From NCBI RefSeq assembly GCF_009914755.1, contig NC_060935.1: 64,000 nucleotides of DNA; one strand, 5' to 3'. How positions within the stretch are numbered: the stretch's first letter is position 1; each line of letters opens with the position of its first letter. Below are positions 1-12,056 of this stretch, piece by piece. Both the position numbers and the translations under genes were made by a program. A model generated the notes under the pieces. It worked only from the letters and a program-made list of their open reading frames with translations. It ran no database searches and had not been told where the DNA came from. The stretch comes from the human T2T-CHM13v2.0 reference genome, Homo sapiens.

Positions 1-694
1 GGAAATCCTCTGGTAAAGTCCTGAGCAATAAAGCCCTTGGAAATAATTCAATATTTACTCATCAAATTTTAAACTCAAGAAGAAAATAAATGGACACAAA
101 TTAGAAAAATGAACAAAGGAAACAATGAAGTACTTCACATAAAGAATGTACAAACGGAAAAGAAGATAGCAGCACAAATATTTCTTTGTTAAATGCTAAT
201 TATAAAGGGAATCATATTTCACCTATCAAACTGTCAAAGGTAAATATCGGTAATAACTAGTGTTGTTAAGAATTTAGGCAAACATTATTTTAGTCATTGT
301 TGAAATTGATGTAATCTCCTGGAAGTTAATTTTATGATTTCTAGAAACCTTTCTTGAAAATTATCCTTACAAAAAATATTATTATCTTTCAAGCAATTTT
401 ATGTTAAAGATTTTTTTTCAATAATTGTCCCCGTCCAAGTGTGTGGGAGGTTAGAGGGTCCTGGTTATCCTCTTTTCCTTGTAATGACCTATTTGTTTCT
501 TCTGTTTTCTATTAGTAAGTCTCAGCTTGGGACTGATCCTGAAATTTGAAGACTACAGTAATTAAACAATATGAACTCTGGACTACATATTTTATGAGAT
601 ATTAAAATTCGGAGATGGTGCAAATATGTTGTAGTTTCACATTGTGTCTCTTTGTTGGACCTATATTACCACATATTTTTGGTGGTGCTGCTTA

Positions 695-1070
695 AAGTGG
701 TCATTGTTAAACATCCCAAACCTGGCCTACTTCCTGTTTTCTATAGTCCACTAGTTAAGAATGATTTTTACAGATGAATATTTGTAATCAATTTGGTGAT
801 GGGGAAACTCTAACTTTCAGCTACACTTTGTTACTCTGTAGAAAAAAAAAATGGATTCTATTATTTTAATTAGTAGACCTTCTTTAATTAAAGACAATGC
901 AATTATTATTGTTAATATTGTTTGAATTTCATAAAAATTATTTGTGGACATACATTTTTCTATCTTGTTATATTAATGCCTACATGATATTCTTGAATTT
1001 GCCTCTTTTTCCATAAAGCCTTAGCTATATATTATTTGGCCATTTATGTAAAAGTTTGCTGAATTCTGGC
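695..1070. mobile_element. Degenerate hAT-Charlie MITE, MER58-like
   Basis: End GCCTCTT..AAAGCCT..TTTGGCCATTTATGTAAAAGTTTGCTGAATTCTG resembles the MER58 terminus as recalled; boundaries approximate. Confidence 0.5.
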
Positions 1071-1553
1071 TAAAATATTAAGAAATAACATCAGAGGCTA
1101 TTTTATTTTTGAGAAAATTATGTTACTTAAGAAAAACCATCCCTATTGGTAATCCAATAAAATTAGCTCTAGTAGATATTGAAACTTGAAACAGTCTCAA
1201 AAGATCCCTTAAGATAGCCTCTATAATCATTCTCAACAGCCATGGATATCTGCTAAGTCCTAATCCGTGAAGCCAGAGGATCCACCAGGTGGGTGTATGA
1301 CAAGCAATCCAATATTTCTTATATTTGCAGTGGTTTTAATCTGGTAAATCAAAGTATGGACATCTGCCCATATGTGAATATTTTCCATAACCTTGAAAAA
1401 AATGATCTATGACCTGAGGTTTTTCAAGAACAATTGACTAGCCGTAAATTCTTATGCCACTAATTTTAGACAATATAGTCCTCCTCTTCACTAACACAAT
1501 AGCCCTAGACTTATTTATATTTGCTGTGTGGTATGCTGCCACATGCCCAAGCA

Positions 1554-1554
<1 letters not shown>

Positions 1555-1591
<37 letters not shown>
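1555..1591. repeat. (CA)n microsatellite
   Basis: Uninterrupted AC dinucleotide run. Confidence 0.97.
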
Positions 1592-1595
<4 letters not shown>

Positions 1596-2773
1596 TTACT
1601 TGTAGAACACAAGCAAACAAATGAATACTCTCCAATGGCACATTATAGCTTTTGGAATAAAGTCCAGCAACTCTGCACAACATTAATAGCCATTTTTGAT
1701 ATTCATATTTTCCTTGTCTCCCCAAGTTCTACCTTGCACTCATACCATATTGAAAAAACTAGAGTTACCTTAAACTACATTATCTAGTTTAAATCTCCTC
1801 TACTATCTACCTGGCATGATGTGTTCTTACTTCCTTGGCTACTCATCCATCATTCCTCAAGAATCAGAGGTAACTACCTAACCAAAAAACAAAATACAAT
1901 AAATGCAACTCCCCTGCTTTGGTTAGATTTCAATGCTTCATTCTCTCTGAACTCCACATCCTATGTGTACACTTGTTATTTCTCTCTTCTTTCCCTTGCC
2001 TGCCCATTCCCCACCTCTCTTCCTTTCAGTCTCTCTTTTCCAGAATTACATAGGTACAAACTCATGAGAATTATTCACTGTGCCAGATTTACTATTATGT
2101 CACGATTCTGTAGTATAGTATTTTTAATATTGCAGGTTTTTGATAAAATGATGAATTAATAAAGAAGTAAATTTTGAGGTTAGCAAAAAAAAAAACAACA
2201 ACATTGATGTGTCAAATGCAACACCTGGTTCTAATTTTTGTGCCTGTAATTCCTTGTATGACTCTGAAAATGTATTTAAATTTTTAGGCTTTATTGTCTC
2301 TTGATATTCATAAGATTTTCTTTGACAAGAACACAGTTAACATGTACTTCCTTTGATTTTTTTTTTTAAGGCAGGGATGATCAAGAAAATGAGAGTCAAC
2401 AACTTGTTTTCATTGAGTCCCTGGATGTTTCAGAACAACGAGCCTTAGGTGCATTTAAATTCAGTGACAAAGGCATAATTTATAAATCCTCCTGGAGAAA
2501 TATTCTTAGAGGAATAACTCAACCAGGGGCTAAAGAATAAAAGAGAAAAAATAATATATATTCACTACTTCACTCATTTCACACTTCTCACTTTCATTAG
2601 TCACGTAGAATTCACAATCCCACTGATTGATATGAGCCATGATGATCTAAAACCAGCTATTGTGCTGGCAGATTTCACAAACCCAGCATCTCAAATAATA
2701 TGTTTTTTGTTTTGTTTTGATATGGTTACTACTGCAAAAGAAAAAAGCATGTAGGCATTAATTAAGGTGGATT

Positions 2774-3712
2774 TTATGAACAGAACATTTTTACCACATG
2801 AATGCGAATCTGTGTGGTCTTTGCACCATAGACAAGTGGATTGAGAAATGGAGGGACCAGCAAGTAAATGCTAGAAAAGAGAATATGGATATAAGGGGGG
2901 ATGTGAGACCCAAACCTATGTGTGAAGAAGGAGAAGAAGGCAAGGAGGTAGAACTGGAGGAAGACACAGATGTGAGCAATGCAGGTATTGAATGCTTTAA
3001 ACCTAGCCTCCTTCTGGGGCAAACGAAAAACTGTGATAAATATCTGGATGTAGGACAATGTGATGAATGTGAGGTCAAATCCTGCTACAGTGAAGGCCAC
3101 AAACAAACCATAGATTTTGTTGACTTGAACATTTGCTGCTGCTAGTTTCACAATGGCCATATGCTCACAGTAGGAGTGGGAGATGACTGTTGTGTGATAA
3201 AATTGAAACCGGCACTTTATCAGTACTAGGCATGGGGCTACAAGAATAGCAGCCCTGAGTACGACCATAGTTCCTATCTGAATGACAAGCTGGTGGGTGA
3301 AGATGTTGGCATGTCTTAGTGGATAACAGATGGCCACATAACGGTCCAGGGCCATGGCCACAAGGATGCCTGACTCTATACCCTGCAATGTGTGGATGAA
3401 CCACATTTGAAGCAAGCAGGAATCAAAATAGATTTCAGGCACATTAAACCAGAATATTCCAAGCATCTTTGGCATAATGCTGCTAGCAAGTGCAATGTCT
3501 GTGGCTCCTAGCATGCCTAAGAAAATGTACAAGGGCTCATGGAGACTGCGCTCAGATTTGATGATGCTCAGAAGCAAGGAATTTCCAATCATAGCAATGA
3601 GATAAATGGCACAGAATGGAATCCCAATCCAGCACTGCACAGATTCTAGGCCTGGGATCCCTACTAGTGTCAACACAGAGGGCATGTAGACTGTGATGTT
3701 GGAAATGGACAT
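2774..3712 (-). CDS. OR52A1: Class I olfactory receptor, family 52 (312 aa, intact 7TM GPCR)
   Basis: Single-exon ORF with N-glycosylation site NIT, GIPGLE, LHEPLY, MALDRYVAICYPLRH, HSYCEHMA, KAFNTC, PPFLNPLVY; sequence recognised as OR52A1. Confidence 0.95.
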   Translation of the reverse strand: MSISNITVYMPSVLTLVGIPGLESVQCWIGIPFCAIYLIAMIGNSLLLSIIKSERSLHEPLYIFLGMLGATDIALASSIMPKMLGIFWFNVPEIYFDSCLLQMWFIHTLQGIESGILVAMALDRYVAICYPLRHANIFTHQLVIQIGTMVVLRAAILVAPCLVLIKCRFQFYHTTVISHSYCEHMAIVKLAAANVQVNKIYGLFVAFTVAGFDLTFITLSYIQIFITVFRLPQKEARFKAFNTCIAHICVFLQFYLLAFFSFFTHRFGSHIPPYIHILFSSIYLLVPPFLNPLVYGAKTTQIRIHVVKMFCS

Positions 3713-3728
3713 AGTGTCGTTGGGTCTC

Positions 3729-3747
3729 CTGATGCAAACAAAAGAAG
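3729..3747 (-). other. Splice acceptor of the OR52A1 coding exon
   Basis: Minus strand CTTCTTTTGTTTGCATCAG|GAGACCC, 16 nt upstream of the ATG; typical OR gene architecture. Confidence 0.6.
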
Positions 3748-5138
3748 TTTCTCAGTCAGTGTTACTGTTCCTCTTCTGCTTTCTGATTTTCTCCAAACTC
3801 ATTATATTGAGTCTGTCTGATTTGGGTATAACTCTAAAATCATCCATCTTATTCACAGTTTTGAAAGGAAAAGATGGATTCATGGAGATACATCACTGTT
3901 TTCAGGTGGGGCATTCACAGGCACTGTGCCATAATAGGATGTTATGTGCATGGCAATCCAAATACATTAGAACCAGCAAAATCACCTGGACAGGGGATTG
4001 GACTACTGGCCAGTCTGTTATTTCTTTCCAGACCTGTGGACAAAAAAAAAAAGAAGTTTATTTTTATTGGACATTGCATTTTAATTTGGTTAATAAACCT
4101 CTCCATATTTCACATTTCAGCTATTCCTCTAGTATTTAACTATTTCCAATTTTCTTTAAGAACATTTTAGACAAGCAAATTAACAGACTCTGACCAGTAC
4201 ATTGGTGTAAAAGATTCCCAATGAAAGAGAATAGAGGTAGAAATAATTGACACCCAAGAACATAATATATTTCTTTTTATATTCAGAATAATGTAAAGAG
4301 AATGCTTTAGAAATAATTGAAATCTTTATACTTTTGACAAATCTGAGCCAAAGCTCCTGGTTGCTTTTTATATTTCTTTAAAGTTAAAGGGAATTATATT
4401 TTTTCCTATATATTTTAAACAGCTGAAACTCTTGAAATGTTGTGAGTTTAAAATTTTAATACACTTTATGGAATATCTAGAGAGAAGGAACTGCTAAGGG
4501 ACAAGATGAGCAGCAGCAATGCCTACGGCAAGAGAACTTGCTCCTGATAAACCACAGATACTGAATAATGGGCAAATGAATCATTTAGCCAGAATAGAGT
4601 CCAGTTTCCTGGTTTTAAAATGTTCAGAGTTATAATTAGCATAATATAGCCCAATAAAGGCTCATTAGTTCTTAATGAAATATAGGTGAGATGCTTATAT
4701 AATTTTGTGAGCTCTGACATAAGAAATTAGTAAAAATAAAAAAGCTAAAGGACAGATTTCTTAGAAGAAGTCAAATGTAGAACTAGACAGGGAAGACAGG
4801 ACAAACTTGGGGAGACTAAAATTGAGGAAAGCACTATGAATAACCAAAGAAAATTTAGTCACTTTTCAATTTCACTGATGATTGAATTTTCTGAAAAACC
4901 TGGGCTCTTATGCTTTATATAAAAGTTCTCTGATCAAAATAGTTATTTTCTAAAAATTACATATTTTGAATCAGTACATTTTAAGCTATACATTAGAGAA
5001 ATGTTTGTGATACAGTGAAAAGTAAAGTTACTTCATTCTTTCCTAGACACTTCAATAAAGTTGTTTTATCTCAGTAAGCTCATGAATCAGCTAACCGTAT
5101 GCTTCAGGTCACCAATATGCTGGAAATTCAGGAAGTAG

Positions 5139-5260
5139 CTGTTCTTTGAAAGAAAAAGCAGCTTTTTTTTTTTTTTTTTTTTGAAAGAAAAGGAAGGTAA
5201 GTAACAAGGAAGAAAGAGAAAAGAGGAAATGGATACAAGTTTACTCAAATATTCAACAAC
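5139..5260 (+). repeat. Left copy of ~90-bp dispersed inverted repeat (partner 6708-6800)
   Basis: TTGAAAGAAAAGGAAGGTAAGTAACAAGGAAGAAAGAGAAAAGAGGAAATGGATACAAGTTTACTCAAATATTCAACAAC closely matches the reverse complement of 6708-6800. Confidence 0.85.
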
Positions 5261-6707
5261 AAATGTTCAACTGCTGCTAAACTTCAAATGAAAGAACCAA
5301 ATCAGCAGAGGACATTTCATGACAGGGAGGCTGTATCAGCTAACATACATTTACCATAAACTAGTAGGTCAATTAAATACTTTGATTTCCACAGATTTGA
5401 TCCCCAATGCTTAGTTTTATGACACTCCCATCCATAAGTCACTGGCTTTTTCTAATAGGGGCAAATTTTTTCTTCTCCAAAGATAATCACAATTAGAATA
5501 AGAATCCTTTAATGGCAATCACAATGTCTGACTTATTCAAGACCAAAGAGCTGACATGTGAGTACTACCTGACAGGCACAGATAGCAGAGTTGCAGGTGG
5601 TGGTGTATGTAAGTTCCTGGTTAGTTGGATAGAGTGATTGTTATTGGAGAAGCTGGTAATTAAATTATGGAGAGGAAACTTGGAATCGTGAGACTTACTC
5701 CTCAATTATTATTGAGAGCTGGTTTTGCTCTTACCAGATACCTGAAGAATATTGTCCATTTTTCATAACACTTTCATTCATCACTCACCAATTTTTCTTC
5801 TCCAAGGATTCCAGCTTCATTCCCTTAAGTTGTGGGTTCTGTGATGGCTCTACTTTCTGTCTGCACTCTGTGTAACAGCATCCAGCTAATGTCATAAATT
5901 TTACTCTGTTTGGTGCCAGGATATGTGCCAATATAATATACTGTGGACATTTTGCAGATGACTTTTTACACTTTTCATTTATCTCTAACACGGACATCTT
6001 CTTCTTCTTCTGGAAGTCTGTCTCAGACCATCTTTGTGTGCTCATCCCCCAGTAAAACTCATAGTGAGGTCTGTAGCATTCTGAAACACGGGATGAATTT
6101 ATTGAGCTCAAATTGGAGAAAAAAGTGGCTAGCCACCAATTTAATATTCCTTTATGAATGTGTGGAGAAGTAGGAGGAGTTATGAGCATGAAATGAGGGA
6201 TTTCCTAGTTGATAGCCAAAACCACGAGGGACCCAGCAAATTTTAAGTCAGCCCTCTTGGGTTCACTGGCACCTAATATCCCCGTAATTATTTCTACACT
6301 TGCAGAAATCTCCTTTCTCTCTTTTTCTCTTTTCCCACAGGCTAAATGCAGAATAATTCATATGCAAAAAATTTTTTTACAAGCTATGTTCCTTTTCTGC
6401 CATTTCTATTTGCAAAATTCTAAAGCCCATTTAATGCAAACATGTTTCTATGCCAATTCCTATTTAAATAAATATCTTGGTGACATTTTCACTGAGGCAA
6501 GGTTTTTCTCTTTTTATTCAGAAAAGAAAAATCTGTATTCATAACTACTTTTTACCACACAATTACTTCCTCAGTCTTCTTCAGTCTCATTCTTCCCATT
6601 TTATTTTATTGAAGTTTTTTTTATCTTTTAGTAAATTAAGTAACATTCTTATAGTGACAAATTATAATGGACATTTCTAAGTCCTACAAATGTAAAGCTG
6701 GAAGCAA

Positions 6708-6800
6708 GTTGTTGAACATTTGAGTAAACTGGTATCCATTTCCTCTTTTCTCTCTTTCTTCCTTGTTACTTTCCTTCCTTCTTTTTCTTTCAAAAAACAG
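6708..6800 (-). repeat. Right copy of ~90-bp dispersed inverted repeat (partner 5139-5260)
   Basis: GTTGTTGAACATTTGAGTAAACTGGTATCCATTTCCTCTTTTCTCTCTTTCTTCCTTGTTACTTTCCTTCC... is the near reverse complement of 5181-5260. Confidence 0.85.
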
Positions 6801-7666
6801 TCATTATATTCCTACTATTTATGAGTGAGATGTTATATATTCTAAATGAAATGAAAAAAATTATAGTCTTACCTTTAAATTATTAGTAAAATGGGATTAT
6901 GCATTACAATTTCATTTATCACGTAAGTATCTGATAAATTCTAAGCAAGACTTATGCATATGACACTATTCTCCTTGACATTTTACAGCTGGTTTCTAGG
7001 CTTTCTTGAATGTAGCTAAGAGACATTTGATATAATGTTTAGACATTGGCAAATTTAGGAAGCATACTAATGGTGGAGAATATTTATAATGGATTTCCAG
7101 GAGAACAAGGAATACAGATGAAAAGGCAAGGAACCCCATGTGCTCTTTCCAGAATTTCCTCTGTGAAGGAGCATAAAACAATAGTACTGTTGCATGTTGA
7201 ATGAAATTGATTCAGAGAGCATATAGGCAGCTAATCTAATATTCAGGTTATTCTTTTGTCACTAAGAAACAATTTAGACTAGTATACCATTTGGTTTCTT
7301 CCTCTTCTCTTATACTGATTTTATTTAAATTTGGGGGCTCTCCAAAGTTCTATCTTGGGTCATTTCATTCTAAAACTATTCACATGTGCTGGTGACTCCA
7401 TCTACTCCAAATAATTTAGTTGTCACCTTCATGTGCTAACTCCTATAACAATATTTCCAGCCCAGATTTTCTCCCTCTGTTCCAAGTACACAGGAACAGC
7501 ATGTACTGCCCAAATTTTAGTTTATCCCTCACATCCTTTGAAACATTGTCAATGAGTTCTACACTTAATTCAAGGTTATTTTTTTTTCATTGTACTTGTA
7601 AATATTGGAAGACTTTTACATATGCATCAATAACTATCTCTGGATTTTTTTAGCTAGTCTACTAAA

Positions 7667-7970
7667 TTTTTTTTTTCTTTTTTTTGAGACAGAGTCTCTC
7701 TCTGTCGCCCAGGCTGGAGTGCAGTGGCCCCTGATCTCTGCTCACTGCAAGCTCCGCCCCCCGCGTTCACGCCATTCTCCCGCCTCAGCCTCCATAGTAG
7801 CTGGGACTACAGGCACCCGCCACCAAGCCCGGCTAATTTTTTGTATTTTTTTAGTAGAGACGGGGTTTCACTGTGTTAGCCAGGATGGTCTCGATCTCGA
7901 GACCTCGTGATCCACCCGCCTCCGCCTCCCAAAGTGCTGGGATCACAGGCGTGAGCCACTGCACCCGGCC
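7667..7970 (-). mobile_element. Alu SINE, AluY-like
   Basis: Poly-T, two arms, TGCAAGCTCCGCC and TGTTAGCCAGGATGGTCTCGATCTC diagnostics, ends CCCGGCC. Confidence 0.95.
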
Positions 7971-8036
7971 TACTGAATATTTTTTAAATTTATTTTTATT
8001 AAGGTAAAATATACATACGTAATTTACCGTCTTTAC

Positions 8037-8335
8037 TTTTTTTTTTTTCCTTGAGACGGAGTCTCGCTCCGTCATCCAGGCTGGAGTGCAGTGGTAGGAT
8101 CTTGGCTCACTGCAACCTCCGCCCCCACCAGGTTCAAGCGATTCTCCTGCCCAAGCCTCCCAAGTAGGTGGGATTACAGGCGCCTGCCACCACGCCTGGC
8201 TAATTTTTTGTATTTTTAGTAGAGACAGGGTTTCACCATGTTGGTCAGGCTGGTCTTGGACTCCTGACCTCATGATCCACCTGCCTTGGCCTCCCAAAGT
8301 GCTGAGATTACAGGCATTGGCCACCGCACCCAGCC
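8037..8335 (-). mobile_element. Alu SINE, AluS-like
   Basis: Dimeric Alu with poly-T, flanked by CGTCTTTAC / CATCTTTAC duplication. Confidence 0.95.
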
Positions 8336-8719
8336 CATCTTTACCATTTTTGAGTGTACGGTTCAGTGGTAATACATACATACATATATATACAAATTTA
8401 TATGTATACATACATATTCACATTTTTATATATATATACACATACATACATATGCACACATACACACAGAGGGAGAGAGAGAGAGTGGGAGGGTTTTTTT
8501 GCTTGATTTCTCATTCCTTTCTTCCCTCCCGCCGCCGGTAACTACCAATCTACTCTCTGTCTTCATAAGATCCACGTTTTTAACTTCCACACGAGTTAGA
8601 ACATGTGATATTTTTCTTTCTGTGCTTGGCTTATTTCACTTAACGTAATTGCTTTCAGTACCATTTATGTTACTGTAATTGATAATATTTCATTCTTTTT
8701 TATGGTTGAATAATATTCC

Positions 8720-8721
<2 letters not shown>

Positions 8722-8756
<35 letters not shown>
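8722..8756. repeat. (TG)n microsatellite
   Basis: Direct observation. Confidence 0.95.
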
Positions 8757-8758
<2 letters not shown>

Positions 8759-9626
8759 TATTTTCTTTATCCATTTATCTGTTGACGAATACATCAGTTG
8801 ATTTCAAATCTTGGCGTTTGTGAATAGTGCTATAATAAAGATGGGAGTACTGATATATCTTCGACATACTAATTTATTCTTTTAAGGGTATATACCTAGG
8901 AGTGATATTGCTGGATCATATGGTAGTTCTACTTTACATTTTTGACAAATCTCCATACTGTCCTTCATAATTGCTGTACCAATTTGTACTCCCACCAACA
9001 GTGTAAGAGGGTTTCCCTTTGTCCACATCCACACAAGCATCTGTTATTTCCTTTTGTTTTGTTATAAGCTATTTTAACTAAGGTGAGATGATATCACATT
9101 GTGGTTTTGATTTATCTGGTGATTAGTGATATTGAACATTTTTTCAAATACCTCTGGGCCATTTGTATGGCTTCTTTTGAGAAATATCTATTCAGGTCTT
9201 TTGGCCATTATTTATTTATTTATTTATTTTCTGTTGAGTTGCTTGAGTTTCTTGCATATTCTGGTTATCAATTCCTTGTAAAATATATAGTTTGCAAATA
9301 TTTTCTCCCATTCTTTGGGTTGTCTCTTCACTTTATTATTTTCTTTGCTGTGCAGAGCTTCAAACAATCCCAATTGTCTATTTTTGTTTTGGTTATTTGT
9401 GCTTTTGAAGTCTCATAGACAGTATTTGCCCAAATCAATGAATGCCCTGGAGGGTTTCCCCACTGTTTTCTTCCAGTAGTTTCATAATTTCAGGTATTGG
9501 ATTCAAGTCTTTAATCCATCTTGATTTGATTTTTGTATATAGTGAGAGATAGGGGTCCGATTTTACTCTTTTGCAAATGGATATCCAGTTTTCCTAGCAC
9601 TGTTTCTTGAAAAGACTGTTTGTACC

Positions 9627-9925
<299 letters not shown>

Positions 9926-11643
9926 CATTTGTTCCTATTTTTATGTTCTTGATGCCTTTGTTAAAGATGACTTGGTTGTTAAGTGCCTGGATTTGCATCT
10001 GGGTTCTCTATGCTGTTCCATTGGGCTGTATGTCTGTCTTTATGCAGTACTGTGCTGTTTGGCTACTGTAGCTTTGTAGTAGATTTTGAAGTCATATAGT
10101 GTGATAGCTTTGGTTTTGTTCTTTTTGCTCAGGATTGCTTTAGCTATTGGGGATCTTTTGTGGTTCCATATAAATATTAGGATTGTTTTTCTATTTCTGT
10201 GAATGCCATTGGTATTTTGACAGAAATTGCACTGAATCTGTACATTGCTTTGGGTAGTATTGTCATTTTAATATTAATTCTTCTAGTTCATGAGCATGGA
10301 ATATCATTCCATTTTATTTGTGTGCCCTCTTCTATTTCTTTCACCAGAGTTTTATAATTTTTCTTATAGAGATCTTTTACTTCTTGGGTTAGATTGACTC
10401 CTGGGTATTTTATATTTTTATTGCTATTGTAAATAAGATTGTTTTATTGATTTTTTTTGCAGATTGATAACTTTTTATATATGAAATGCTACTGATTTTG
10501 TATTTTTATTTCATATCCTGTAACTTTATTGATTTTTTTAAATCGTTTTAATAGTATTTAGTGAAGTTTTTAGGTTTTTTCTAAGTATAAGATCATGTCA
10601 TCTACAAACTAGGCTAATTTAACTTCTTCCTTTCCAATTTGGATGCACTTTCTTTCTCTTCCTGAATTTCTCTTTCCAAGACTTCCAATATTATGTTAAA
10701 TAATGGCAATGAAAGTGAGCATTCTTGCCTTATTTCAGTCCTTAGAGGAAAGGCCTTCAATGTTTCTCTGTTCAGCATAATGTTAGCACTTGGTTTGTCC
10801 TATATGGTTTTTATTATTTTGAGGTATGTTCCTACTGTACCTCCTTTGAGGTGCATTTGTTGTTGTGTCCTGGTCTGGTTTGGGTATATTAGAGTAATGC
10901 TTGCCTCATAGAATAAGTTTAGAAGTAGGCCCTTCTTTTCAGTTTTTATTTGTTTGTTTGTTTGAGGAATTTGAGTACGATTAGTATTAGTTCTACTTGA
11001 AATGTTTGGTAGCCCATCGAGTCCTGGGCTTTTCTTTAATAGGAAACTTTATATTACAACTTTAATCTTGTTATTCATTATTGTTCTATTGAGGTTTTCT
11101 GTTTCTACATGCTTCAGTCTTGCTAGGCTGTATGTGTCCAGGAATTTATCCATTTATTCTAGATTTTCCAATTTGTTGGAATACAGTTGTTCATAATAGT
11201 ATCTAATGAGTCTTTGTGTTGCTGAGGTCTCAATTGTTATATCCTCTTTTTCATTTTCTAATTTTATTTGACTCTTTTTTCTTAAAGTTTTGTTGATTTT
11301 GTTTACCTTTCCAAGAAAGCAACTGTTTGTTTTTAATGATTTTCTGTATTTTTTGGTCTCAATTTCATTTGTTTCTTCTCTGATCTTTCTTATTTCTCCC
11401 CTTCTATTAATTTTGCATTTGGTTTGTTCTTGCTTTCCTATTTCCTTGAGGTACATTGTTTGGTTGCTTAGTTGAAGCCTTTCTACTTTTTTGGATATAG
11501 GTGTTTATTGCTATGAACTTCCCTCTAAGTACTGCTTTTGCCATATCCTGTAGGTTTTGGTATGTTGTATTTCCATTTTCACTTGTTTCAAGAAGTTTTA
11601 AAATTTCCTTCTTAATTTCTTTAGTGACTCATTGGTTATTCAG

Positions 11644-12056
11644 TTTCATGCGCATCCCTGTGAGGAGACTACCAAACAGGCTTTGTGTGAGCAATAAAGC
11701 TTTTTATCACCTGGGTGCAGGCGGGCTGAGTCCGAAAAGAGAGTCAGCAAAGGGAGATAGGAGTGGGGCTGTTTTATAAGATTTGGGTAGGTAAAGGAAA
11801 ATTACAGTCAAAGGGGGGTTGTTCTCTGGCGGGCAGGAGTGGGGGGTCACAAGGTGCTCAGTAGGGGAGCTTTTGAGCCAGGATGAGCCAGGAGAAGGAC
11901 TTTCACAAGACAATGTCATCAGTTAAGGCAGGAACAGGCCATTTTCACTTCTTTTGTGGTGGAATGTCATCAGTTAAGGCAGGAACTGGCCATCTGTATG
12001 TGTACCTGCAGGTCACAGGGGACATGATGGCTTAGCTTGGGCTCAGAGGCCTGACA
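11644..12056 (-). mobile_element. HERV-H 3' LTR (LTR7)
   Basis: Minus strand TGTCAGGCCTCTGAGCCCAAGC...CATGAAA, preceded by a polypurine tract. Confidence 0.95.

Noticed and set aside
1438-1787. ORFs with VCVCVC or THTHTH runs
   Set aside because: Translations of the (CA)n microsatellite
2798-3145. Acidic 115-aa ORF on the + strand
   Set aside because: Antisense shadow of the Phe/Leu-rich OR52A1 transmembrane codons; no independent support
7851-8411. 186-aa ORF
   Set aside because: Read through two Alus and a TA-rich tract; typical Alu-derived peptide
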